This document shows, in pieces, positions 28,801-37,276 of a DNA stretch of 64,000 bases; position 1 is the first letter of the stretch; each line of letters begins with the position of its first letter. This DNA comes from Promethearchaeota archaeon (GTDB lineage Archaea; Asgardarchaeota; Lokiarchaeia; Sigyniarchaeales; SOKP01). The translations under genes and the position numbers were made by a program. Under the pieces are notes generated by a model, which was not told the DNA's origin, did not search any database, and worked only from the letters and a program-made list of their open reading frames with translations. The DNA is taken from positions 320,001-384,000 of the forward strand of contig JAUVNS010000002.1 in NCBI GenBank assembly GCA_030599585.1, in the 5' to 3' direction.

Positions 28801-29760
28801 ATGACTACATCAAAAATAGATAATCTAGAGATTAGGAAGTTAACAGAAGATATATTACTTGTTCACCAGAAAAAACCTCCCTTTTATTTTTCTTGTAGTG
28901 ACGGTATTATTATTTTGCCAAAAAAAAGGAGAAATGATAGTTCAATTGTATTAGATTTAAATGTAGAACCTCAACTTGTAGATGAATTGGACGATGTTTA
29001 CGGTCCTTTTACAAATTACATATGCTCACATGGACATATGGATCATATAGCCCATGTCCATCAATGGGAGTCGCTTGGAGCTAAAATTCACGCCCCTTTT
29101 CCAGAACACGCAAATTTATTAAATCTTCGCAATTTTTATGAAGGGTTTGGCTTTTTTGAAGAAATAGATTTTTCAGTGATAAATAAGTTTGCAAAAAAAA
29201 ATGGTTATAAAGAATGTCAAGATGTTATGTCCTTCAAACCCGGTCATATTTTTAAATTTGAAGACTTAATAATTGAAACTATTCCATTAATAGGTCATTC
29301 TAAAGCTCATGTAGGCTTTTTGATCCCTGAAGAAAGATTATTTCACATAAGCTGCTTAGGTTTTGATAAAGCTAGACCTGAAAAAGATGGATTTGGTCCA
29401 TGGTACGGATTTAAAGAATGTTCTATTGAACAATATCTAATAGATATTACGCAGGCGGAGTTAATTTTCCTAGAACGGGCTAATTTCTTAACTTCTAGCC
29501 ATTCTTATATTGTAAAAAGCCCCGATAGAACTCCATTTATTTACATGAGAGAAAAAATCGCGAAAAATCAAGATCTTGTTGATAATGCAATCAAATCTCA
29601 TAACTTGACAAGTAAATCTATTGATACGATAAACTATTTACTTAGTCTAGACATTTTCTTTCCAAAAAGGAAAATGGGGGGCTATTTATTGGAAATTTAC
29701 AATTTTTGGGAATCTGGAATTATTCGTAAGCATGTCGAACGGAGTGAATTTCTTAGTTAA
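28801..29760 (+). CDS. Metallo-beta-lactamase fold hydrolase
   Basis: SHGHMDH, GHSKAH, SSH. Confidence 0.8.
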   Translation: MTTSKIDNLEIRKLTEDILLVHQKKPPFYFSCSDGIIILPKKRRNDSSIVLDLNVEPQLVDELDDVYGPFTNYICSHGHMDHIAHVHQWESLGAKIHAPFPEHANLLNLRNFYEGFGFFEEIDFSVINKFAKKNGYKECQDVMSFKPGHIFKFEDLIIETIPLIGHSKAHVGFLIPEERLFHISCLGFDKARPEKDGFGPWYGFKECSIEQYLIDITQAELIFLERANFLTSSHSYIVKSPDRTPFIYMREKIAKNQDLVDNAIKSHNLTSKSIDTINYLLSLDIFFPKRKMGGYLLEIYNFWESGIIRKHVERSEFLS

Positions 29761-29775
29761 TATTTGATTTAGGAG

Positions 29776-29823
29776 TTATTTATCTGGTTCGATAATAACC
29801 TTAGAAAACTCAGTAGGATGGTC
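29776..29823 (-). pseudogene. Short degenerate remnant of the Zn-dehydrogenase 3' end
   Basis: Translates as DHPTEFSKVIIEPDK*, compared with ASESLKVILEPNTVE* (intact gene) and ATESLKVVIEPDMVE* (larger remnant). Confidence 0.5.
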
Positions 29824-30052
29824 CAATAGGGGTTCATTTTCCTATTTTTTTAATGTTTTATTATAATTTTTTTAAGAGAAAAGAACCAAAATTTTCTTAG
29901 TTGAAATTTAGAACTGGTATATTTAAACGAAGTTTAAACTTAAAACACTTATTAGGATTATCATAAATGAGATTCCAATATTTATAAGCTAGTTAAAATT
30001 ATTATTCAAGATTATTTAATAAAAAATAATCCATAAAAAAGTGATTTAAAAA

Positions 30053-30457
30053 ATGGCTGAAGAAATATTAAAATTTACGAAGTTAACTTTTATAATCCAT
30101 TTTATAACAGGGCTTATTTTTACCATTTTGTTTTGGCTTCCAGAGATTACGGCTCCTCTTTTTGGTTTTACTTACACACCAGGATTGGGAGCTGTTACCA
30201 TGACGCTCGGTGCAACTTTCGTAGGGCTTACTGTTGGTTCACTCCTAGGAATTTTAGCTAAAGAATGGAAAGAAATAAAAATTGTAGTACTAATCGAATC
30301 ATTTTGGCTAGTTGCTAGTTTTATTTCTACTACTATTAATCTCTCTGCATATAGCGCAATGGTATACGTCTCGATGGCACTAAGCATAATTTTACTTGTG
30401 CTATTTTGCCTAACATTTTTACAGCAGGAAGATAAAATGAAACCACTATTCAAGTAG
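30053..30457 (+). CDS. Small 4-TM membrane protein, copy 1
   Basis: MAEEILKFTKLTFIIHFI...AKEWKEIKIVV...FLQQEDKMKP. Confidence 0.8.
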   Translation: MAEEILKFTKLTFIIHFITGLIFTILFWLPEITAPLFGFTYTPGLGAVTMTLGATFVGLTVGSLLGILAKEWKEIKIVVLIESFWLVASFISTTINLSAYSAMVYVSMALSIILLVLFCLTFLQQEDKMKPLFK

Positions 30458-30478
30458 ATAAGTGTCCATTTAAATTTA

Positions 30479-30488
30479 TTTTTTTTTT
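30479..30488 (+). terminator. Oligo-T tract, putative archaeal intrinsic terminator
   Basis: T10 run about 20 nt after the stop codon; same arrangement after copy 2. Confidence 0.45.
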
Positions 30489-30551
30489 ATTTTTATCGTA
30501 TAATCCTTAAAAATTTGAGATAAATGTATATGTAATAAATAAATTTCTGGA

Positions 30552-30712
30552 TTATTCAACCATGTCAGGTTCAATAACAACCTTTAGAGACTCAGTAGCC
30601 TAACTAACAATTTTAAATGCATTTCCTACTTGATTTAGAGGAAATCGATGAGAATTTAAGTCGGTTATGTTAATTATTTTAGAAAATATCCACACATATG
30701 ACTCTTGGAGAT
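30552..30712 (-). pseudogene. Duplicated 3' fragment (~52 codons) of the Zn-dehydrogenase gene with an internal stop
   Basis: Translates as LQESYVWIFSKIINITDLNSHRFPLNQVGNAFKIVS*ATESLKVVIEPDMVE*; colinear with 31355-31515 at an 803-nt offset. Confidence 0.92.
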
Positions 30713-30857
30713 TTTTAGAAGTTATAAATTTAATTTCTTTTTCTATTTATCCTTTCATTTCATATTAAACCGAGTATCATTAAAAGTTCAACCTTTATAT
30801 AAAAGGAAACATAAATAATCAAGATTTTACAATTTTGTAAAAAATAGTGAAGAAAAG

Positions 30858-31265
30858 ATGGTTGAAGAAATTCAAAAATTTACGAAGTTAACTTTTATAA
30901 TCCATTTTATAATTGGAATTATATTTTCAGCTCTATTTTGGTTACCTGACATTACACTTCCGCTTTTAGGAATAGTGCTCACATTAGATACTCGCACTTT
31001 GAGTTTAAGCGTAGGAGCGTTATTTACAGGATTAACTATTGGTTGTCTTCTCGGAATTTTCGCTAAAACATGGAAAGAGGTTCGAATTGTAGTAATTACA
31101 GGAATTATCTATTTATTTCTTTTACCAGTTACCAGTATTATATGCTTCAGCGCTTACGATCCAATGATGGCAATAATGATGATTGTTCAGACAGTTATTA
31201 TCTTAGCTCTTTATGTACTATCCTTTTTACAACAAGAAGATAAGTTAAAACCCATATTAAAGTAA
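30858..31265 (+). CDS. Small 4-TM membrane protein, copy 2
   Basis: MVEEIQKFTKLTFIIHFI...AKTWKEVRIVV...FLQQEDKLKP; paralog of 30053-30457. Confidence 0.8.
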   Translation: MVEEIQKFTKLTFIIHFIIGIIFSALFWLPDITLPLLGIVLTLDTRTLSLSVGALFTGLTIGCLLGIFAKTWKEVRIVVITGIIYLFLLPVTSIICFSAYDPMMAIMMIVQTVIILALYVLSFLQQEDKLKPILK

Positions 31266-31288
31266 TAGAGTTTACAATAAAATTCTTC

Positions 31289-31298
31289 TTTTTTTTTT
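31289..31298 (+). terminator. Oligo-T tract, putative terminator
   Basis: T10 run between convergent genes. Confidence 0.45.
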
Positions 31299-31354
31299 AA
31301 TGAAAAACCCTAAATACTTTTAGAATTCTGTAGATTCATTAATAGAATTTTAAA

Positions 31355-32407
31355 TTATTCAACAGTATTCGGTTCTAAAATAACTTTTAATGATTCTGAT
31401 GCTTCGTTAACAATTTTAAATGCATCACCTATTTGATTTAGAGGAAATCGATGAGTTATTAAGTCTGTTACATTAATTTTTTTTGACAATATCCACACAT
31501 ATGACTCTTGGAGATCTTCAGGTGCAGCGCCGTATGAAGTTGTAATTGTTATTTCGTTCCTCCAATAATCGTTTATTGGAACCTCCAAATTGACACCAGG
31601 TCCGGGAACTGCGAAGAATATCACGGTACCTCCCGGTGCTACACAATTTAAAGCTTGCTTCGCCGCCGATAAAGCGCCTGTGCATACAATAATAATGTCA
31701 GCTAATTTATTATCATTGGTTCTCAGAAGTTTCGAAGGAATATCCTCGCTTGCATGAATTATTTCATCCGCTCCAAAATCTTGAATTTTCCTCAACCTAT
31801 AATCGTTTATATCGGTTGCAAAGACTTTTTTTGCCCCTCTAAGTTTTGCTAATTGAGCATGTAAGATTCCGGATACTCCACTTCCTAATATTAAGACTGT
31901 TAATCCTTTTTTTACATTTGCTAATCTTTGTGCTCTACAAACACAGCCAAACGGTTCAATAAATACTCCATCTTCATAGGTAACTGACTTATCTAACACA
32001 AAAACGCCCTTTTTTTCAATATTTATTTTAGGTATTCTAATATATTCGGCAAAACCTCCAGGATCAAAATTAGTGTTATGGAGAAGATCACATGCTGTAT
32101 GATGTCCGTGGTTGCAGTAATAGCAATCAAAACACGGTACGTGATGTGAAACGAAGACTCTATCCCCAATTTTATAACCTTTAAGACCGTCTCCCACTTC
32201 AACAATATCACCGGCGATTTCATGTCCAAGAATTAAACTGTCTACACCAAGTTTCTTCATTTTAGCAAATCTATAATACTCTAAAACATCTGATCCACAT
32301 ATTCCAGATTTTTTAACCTTAACCAACAACTCTCCCGGACCAATCGTTGGTTTAGGTATTTCATCAATTCTTACATCGGTGTTGCTATAATATCGTGCAA
32401 TCTTCAT
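31355..32407 (-). CDS. Zn-dependent medium-chain dehydrogenase (sorbitol/threonine dehydrogenase-like)
   Basis: GICGSD, GHEIAG, C..C..C.......C structural Zn site, ILGSGVSG, ITHRFPL. Confidence 0.92.
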   Translation of the reverse strand: MKIARYYSNTDVRIDEIPKPTIGPGELLVKVKKSGICGSDVLEYYRFAKMKKLGVDSLILGHEIAGDIVEVGDGLKGYKIGDRVFVSHHVPCFDCYYCNHGHHTACDLLHNTNFDPGGFAEYIRIPKINIEKKGVFVLDKSVTYEDGVFIEPFGCVCRAQRLANVKKGLTVLILGSGVSGILHAQLAKLRGAKKVFATDINDYRLRKIQDFGADEIIHASEDIPSKLLRTNDNKLADIIIVCTGALSAAKQALNCVAPGGTVIFFAVPGPGVNLEVPINDYWRNEITITTSYGAAPEDLQESYVWILSKKINVTDLITHRFPLNQIGDAFKIVNEASESLKVILEPNTVE

Positions 32408-32544
32408 GATTGATTTTAATTTTACCTAAGTTTTATTTTAATGTTAATATGATATGTCTTAATATAATTCTTTATCAAAAATTAATATAATATATATTTT
32501 AATAACGATATTTTAAATTAGTTATCGATTGATTATTATGTGAA

Positions 32545-32946
32545 TTGAGTGTAAATTACATGGAAATGAAAGATATCAAAGCTTTTTGCCAAAACTGGTT
32601 AACATCATGGACGGGAAATAATCCAGAAAAACTCATTTCTTTCTATTCAAAAACTGCATATTATCAAGATCCTGCAAATCCTAAAGGATTAAAAGGACAT
32701 GATGAAATATTTCCCTATTTTAAAAAATTGTTAGCTGCTAATCCAAAATGGATATGGCGAATGACTGAGGCTTATCCTACTGAGAAAGGTTTTGTATTAA
32801 AGTGGAGAGCCACTATACCAGTTAAATCTGAAGAGATAATGGAATACGGAATGGATATTCTAGAACTTGAAGGCGATAAAATTATCCGAAATGAAGTCTA
32901 CTTCGATCGAACAGAGCTAATATCGTTATTAAAGTCAAAAAAATAG
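32545..32946 (+). CDS. SnoaL/NTF2-like protein
   Basis: W...W......FY...A.YQDP.....G..EI..YF; G.D..E....KI.RNEVYFD. Confidence 0.8.
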   Translation: MSVNYMEMKDIKAFCQNWLTSWTGNNPEKLISFYSKTAYYQDPANPKGLKGHDEIFPYFKKLLAANPKWIWRMTEAYPTEKGFVLKWRATIPVKSEEIMEYGMDILELEGDKIIRNEVYFDRTELISLLKSKK

Positions 32947-32976
32947 TTTTTATATAATATTTAATTACGGTAGATT

Positions 32977-33441
32977 ATGGTTGAAGTAAAAAAGGAATTG
33001 CTATCTCCTTGCGGCTTATGGTGTGGGGTGTGTTCAATTTATATTGCGCATAAAAATAACAACATAAAGTTTAAGGAGAAGTTATTGCCAATATATAAGG
33101 CTTTTGCGAAAAATGTAGACGATATAGCCTGCACAGGTTGTCTATCAGAGGGTACCGTTTTTCCCGTTTGTAGAGCGTGTCCGGTCAAGAAGTGTTGCAA
33201 AGAAAAGAATATTGACGGTTGTTATCAATGCGAAGAATTCCCATGTAAATTTATTGATAACTTTCCTATCCCTGTTGGGAAAAAAGTCATTCTTCGAGCA
33301 ATTCCATTTTGGCGCGAACATGGAACCGAGAAATATGTTGAAGCAGAAATGAATAGATATCACTGCCCAGAATGCGGAAATCAACTATTTCGTGGTGCAA
33401 AAAGGTGCAACAAATGCAAAATGCCTGTTAATGTAGATTAA
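32977..33441 (+). CDS. DUF3795-type Cys-rich protein with C-terminal Zn-ribbon
   Basis: PCGLWCGVC, CTGC, CPVKKCC, CYQCEEFPC, CPECG...CNKC. Confidence 0.78.
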   Translation: MVEVKKELLSPCGLWCGVCSIYIAHKNNNIKFKEKLLPIYKAFAKNVDDIACTGCLSEGTVFPVCRACPVKKCCKEKNIDGCYQCEEFPCKFIDNFPIPVGKKVILRAIPFWREHGTEKYVEAEMNRYHCPECGNQLFRGAKRCNKCKMPVNVD

Positions 33442-33466
33442 TATAGATTTTAAAATAAAAAAAAAA

Positions 33467-33679
33467 TTAAGACCTGTTTTTTTGATTGCTTCTAACAAGC
33501 ATTTTAAAAGTTTCATCCTCTAAATTTTGGAACATTTTAAGTTCATCACTCAAAAATTGGCTTAATGCGCATCTTATAGCCTCGCTTCGACTCGGGTATA
33601 CTCCTAAATCATTTAGAGTTTGAATTGCTTCTAGATATTTTTCAGGTAGGTTAATTGTTATAATTTTCATCTTTCTCAA
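33467..33679 (-). CDS. Ribbon-helix-helix (CopG/MetJ/Arc) transcriptional regulator
   Basis: MKIITINLPEKYL...G.YPSRSEAIR.AL. Confidence 0.88.
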   Translation of the reverse strand: MRKMKIITINLPEKYLEAIQTLNDLGVYPSRSEAIRCALSQFLSDELKMFQNLEDETFKMLVRSNQKNRS

Positions 33680-33836
33680 CCCTTTGTTTAAAAATCATAG
33701 CTTTTAACGTTTAGTTATTATTCTTATTTCGTCGGATCACTTATAAATAAAGAGTATTAATGCTTTGATGATATTAACGGCTTAATTGCTGACGAATAAA
33801 TAATATTATTACATTAATATTTAAAAAAAAATTAGA

Positions 33837-34589
33837 TTAGAATGGTTTATTAACGGATTTTATGTGCAATATCAATGAAAACGAGGCTTTATATAGCTCA
33901 GCATTGCTCATCTCTTTGATCTCTTTTAAATAAGTTAGACTGAAATCTGCTTCCCGTTTTAAATAGTTCACATCTTTTGTTGAATGATCGTAATCCAGAT
34001 ATGCATCAACCTGTAATATATTTTCATCTAATTTTTTAGGAAACTGAGGGGTCATATTAAAAGTGAACAGTAGATCTGGTTTCGAGGATTCGGCAGCATC
34101 AAAAACAAATAAGATGTTTGGTTGCGCGTAAGAAATAAACGATTCTAAGTTGTGAAATAGATCGTCAATTTTGATGTTTAGTTTAGATGCTTCTAAGATG
34201 CTACAATCGCTAATTTTAGGAAATATAAATTTCTCCTTTCCTCGAAAGGCACTATCTATTTCGTTGGAACTTAAAAATTTCTTAAAGACTTCGTCCTTTT
34301 TCTCTAAAACAAATTCACTCGTTATTGGATCAGACTTGGTATATAACACTATAGAACTTGAGGATAGTAAATTTAATTTTTGGTAATATATATTGAAATC
34401 GGGGTTATATGGCAGATTTATAATACTTTTATCGCCACTCAGGCCAAGTTGAGCCATGATATTCATTGGGCCTTGGCTCGTTAATGTTAATAAAAGAAAA
34501 GATCTGAAATTTTCAAGTTCAATAAAATTAGTAAAACCACTAAAAAATTCGTTAACAATTTTAATTTTAGTATCTAACGCTTTGGACAT
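33837..34589 (-). CDS. Hypothetical protein
   Basis: 250-aa ORF filling the gap between genes; no recognised motif. Confidence 0.65.
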   Translation of the reverse strand: MSKALDTKIKIVNEFFSGFTNFIELENFRSFLLLTLTSQGPMNIMAQLGLSGDKSIINLPYNPDFNIYYQKLNLLSSSSIVLYTKSDPITSEFVLEKKDEVFKKFLSSNEIDSAFRGKEKFIFPKISDCSILEASKLNIKIDDLFHNLESFISYAQPNILFVFDAAESSKPDLLFTFNMTPQFPKKLDENILQVDAYLDYDHSTKDVNYLKREADFSLTYLKEIKEMSNAELYKASFSLILHIKSVNKPF

Positions 34590-34644
34590 AGTCGCATCAT
34601 CTAATAATTATAATATTTCTGTAAAGAATTAATTGTAATTAAAT

Positions 34645-35061
34645 CTAACCATGATATTTCAAAATAAAACTACGGAAAGATTCTTTAACTTCTTGAGTTA
34701 TATGATGCTCAATATCGCATGATATCTTTTCTACGAGTTCGTCATCGGTTATTTTTAGGATTTCTTTAAAGAAAGTCCGAAGTAGCCCGTGAGTTTCTTC
34801 TAACTGAATAGCATATTTTTTACCCTTATCTGTAAGTCTAATTGATTTTCTAGGTTCCCAATTTATCAATTTCTTGTTTTTTAACTTATCTAGCATTCCA
34901 GAGACTGAAGCTGGTTCGACCTGTAGATTCTCTGCTATTTCTTTATTAGTTACCCAACCGCCTTTTTTTTTCTTTGAAATATTATAAATGATGTCTAAAT
35001 ATCTTTGATAACTTTCTGGTATCTCGGATATTTCAGATGTAATTTTATCTTTAGCACTCAT
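34645..35061 (-). CDS. DtxR/MntR family metal-dependent repressor
   Basis: YL..IY, EIAENLQVEPASVSGML.KL, LTDKG, CDIEHHI. Confidence 0.9.
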   Translation of the reverse strand: MSAKDKITSEISEIPESYQRYLDIIYNISKKKKGGWVTNKEIAENLQVEPASVSGMLDKLKNKKLINWEPRKSIRLTDKGKKYAIQLEETHGLLRTFFKEILKITDDELVEKISCDIEHHITQEVKESFRSFILKYHG

Positions 35062-35266
35062 CGTTTTCTAAATGGAAATAATCATTATTATTTTTACCGT
35101 GCCAAGTTTCATAACAATTATCATTCTTAAAAATTTATTTATTTTTCTGTATTAAGTACATGAAATATTTATCAATTACTTATCACGCGATGTTTTAACC
35201 AATTTTTGATAAAAATTATAATAATTAAATCTTTAATAAGAAGTAAAATTTTGAAGATGGGAGCTA

Positions 35267-35842
35267 ATGATAAAAAATTTTCCTGGTAAATTAGTATTGG
35301 TTGTAGGTAATTCAGGCTCGGGCAAAGATTCGATAATGAAGGGAGTAAAAGAAAGATATCCTTCTGATTTAATAAGCCTTTATCTTACTCAAAGATATAT
35401 AACAAGACCATATTCAGACACTGAAGATAATATTGCTGTTACACCAGAAGACTTCAAAATCATGTCATTGCAAGGAGAATTTGTGTTAGAATGGCATATA
35501 TATGGTCTAGACTATGGTGTTCCCATAGAAATTGATGAATGGTTGAAAAAAGGTCACCCTGTCCTCGTCAATGTAAGCAGGTCAATTATAAAAAAAGCTC
35601 GTAAAATTTACCAAAACATAGTAGTTGCGTTTATAGATGTTCCTTTTGAAATTACGCTCAAAAGAGTAAAAGAACGCGCAAGAGAAAGCGGAATAAGATT
35701 AGAAGAGAGAATTCTAAGAGCTAGACGAAATCAAGATATTCCTGATGCTGATTTTATAGTTGACAATTCTGGAGATTTAGAAGATGCAATTAATGAATTT
35801 TTAAGCAATCTTATCTATGTTGTTTACGCAAAAGGAAAATAA
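35267..35842 (+). CDS. phnN: Ribose 1,5-bisphosphate phosphokinase PhnN-like (guanylate kinase fold)
   Basis: VVGNSGSGKDS, RYITRP, EW..YGL.YG, VNVSR, R.RES...RI.R, DNSG. Confidence 0.8.
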   Translation: MIKNFPGKLVLVVGNSGSGKDSIMKGVKERYPSDLISLYLTQRYITRPYSDTEDNIAVTPEDFKIMSLQGEFVLEWHIYGLDYGVPIEIDEWLKKGHPVLVNVSRSIIKKARKIYQNIVVAFIDVPFEITLKRVKERARESGIRLEERILRARRNQDIPDADFIVDNSGDLEDAINEFLSNLIYVVYAKGK

Positions 35843-35904
35843 TTTAGGGAAATAATAGCAAAAAAAGGAAAAATAAGCGTGTCTTTTTCTTTATTAAAGT
35901 AAAA

Positions 35905-36051
35905 TTATAAATTGGCGCAAAAGCCAGAGAACGGACAAACATCGCACTTAGAATCGATTTTTTTGTTAATGTAAATTCCTATGATCTTTAATCTTGAATC
36001 TGGGGGGTTACGAACAAAAAAATCAGTGTCACAACCAAATGTGAGAATCAT
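35905..36051 (-). CDS. Possible 48-aa small protein or gene remnant with C-terminal CxxCPxxxxC
   Basis: Manual translation: MILTFGCDTDFFVRNPPDSRLKIIGIYINKKIDSKCDVCPFSGFCANL*. Confidence 0.3.
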   Translation of the reverse strand: MILTFGCDTDFFVRNPPDSRLKIIGIYINKKIDSKCDVCPFSGFCANL

Positions 36052-36133
36052 TGTTCAGTCGATATTGAGGAACAGCATACGAATGTTCCCGAAACTGTTT
36101 AAGGAAATAAATTAGTAATAAGAGAAAGGATAG

Positions 36134-36234
36134 GGCTCGGTACGGGAATCGAACCCGTCTCTAGGGATTCACAGTCCCCAATACTATCCATTTTACGGAG
36201 CTAGCTTTCTAAACCCCTCTATACAAACCGAGCC
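36134..36234 (-). tRNA. trnH: tRNA-His (GUG) with encoded G-1 and a 28-nt D-loop intron; CCA not encoded
   Basis: G-1, acceptor GCTCGGT/ACCGAGC, discriminator C; anticodon arm GGGGA-CTGTGAA-TCCCT (GTG at 36170-36172); T-arm ACGGG-TTCGATT-CCCGT; the D-arm becomes GTAT-AGTGGATA-GTAT after removing 36191-36218. Confidence 0.93.
36191..36218 (-). other. tRNA intron at non-canonical position 15/16 with a relaxed bulge-helix-bulge motif
   Basis: GTAT-AG^A-GGGGT...GCTCC-GTAA-AA^T; the intron folds as a hairpin. Confidence 0.82.
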
Positions 36235-36337
36235 TTAGTTACAGTTTATAATATTACCCACTAAAAAAATCTTTTGAGTCAAGAACAAAAAAATGTGTAG
36301 TTAAAAAAAAATTAAAAAGCGCAAGAAAAATTTAACC

Positions 36338-37198
36338 TCATATAATAGTAATAGAATCTTTTATTAAAGCGTCTGGAATTGATATTAAAGGGTTTCCTTT
36401 TAATTGTAATTGATTTAATAATTTTAACTCGACGATAGAGCTTGGTAATTCTTTTAACTTATTCCCCCCCAATTTCAGAGTACCCAACGATTTCATCTTT
36501 CCAATTGTGGTGGGTAATTGTTCCAAACAATTATTTGATAAGCAAAAGTAGCTCAAGTTTTTGAGATTTCCAACCGACTCAGGTATTGATTTCAACCGAT
36601 TGTTTCTTAGTGTTGTTTCAGTTAAACCCTCGAGCCTGCCGAAACCTTCAGGCAGTTTTTCCAACTTATTGTTCTTCAAGTAAAAGGTTTTTAGAGATTT
36701 TAGTTCCCCTATTGCCTCAGGTAGCGCTTTAAGACGATTACTGGACAAAGCTAAATGGTGAAGATTTATTAAACATCCAACTGAACTCGGTATTGAAACG
36801 ATGTTGTTTTCGGCCAAATTTAGGCTATGCAGTGAGGTGACTTTTGTTAGAGGTTCAGGAAAAACTCTTAACCTGTTACCGGCTATACTGAGAACTTCTA
36901 AGAATTTCAGTTTTTCGATTGCAATGGGGATAATTCCGATTGCATTTCTATCTAAATCTAATTCTCTTAACTTTGAAAACTTCCAAACAACAAGAGGAAT
37001 TGAGGATAACCGACATGATACCAAACTAAGCTCCTTGATATTCCCGCCTTCAATCTCGAGGAAGATGCGACTCGAATTACCGTCTCGCTTTTTTTCGAAA
37101 TTATTGCTTATCAAATTGTCTAATTCCAAAAGGTCATAGTATTCTTGCGAACTTAACCGCTCTTTACCCTCAAAATCTAAATCTCTTATGTTTTTCAT
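36338..37198 (-). CDS. Leucine-rich repeat protein (about 9-10 x 23-aa LRR)
   Basis: Repeats of LxxLxLxxNxLxxLPxxIGxL. Confidence 0.93.
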   Translation of the reverse strand: MKNIRDLDFEGKERLSSQEYYDLLELDNLISNNFEKKRDGNSSRIFLEIEGGNIKELSLVSCRLSSIPLVVWKFSKLRELDLDRNAIGIIPIAIEKLKFLEVLSIAGNRLRVFPEPLTKVTSLHSLNLAENNIVSIPSSVGCLINLHHLALSSNRLKALPEAIGELKSLKTFYLKNNKLEKLPEGFGRLEGLTETTLRNNRLKSIPESVGNLKNLSYFCLSNNCLEQLPTTIGKMKSLGTLKLGGNKLKELPSSIVELKLLNQLQLKGNPLISIPDALIKDSITII

Positions 37199-37276
37199 AG
37201 GTAAATAAAAAAAAGTAATTTATGATAATTTAATTATAGCTGTGCCAAAATTTAATAATTTGCGATTTTGGTGTTT

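Noticed and set aside
36069-36089. GGAACA-N9-TGTTCC hairpin as a SECIS element or ncRNA
   Set aside because: Too short, lacks SECIS core features, and no in-frame TGA selenoprotein candidate is evident nearby.
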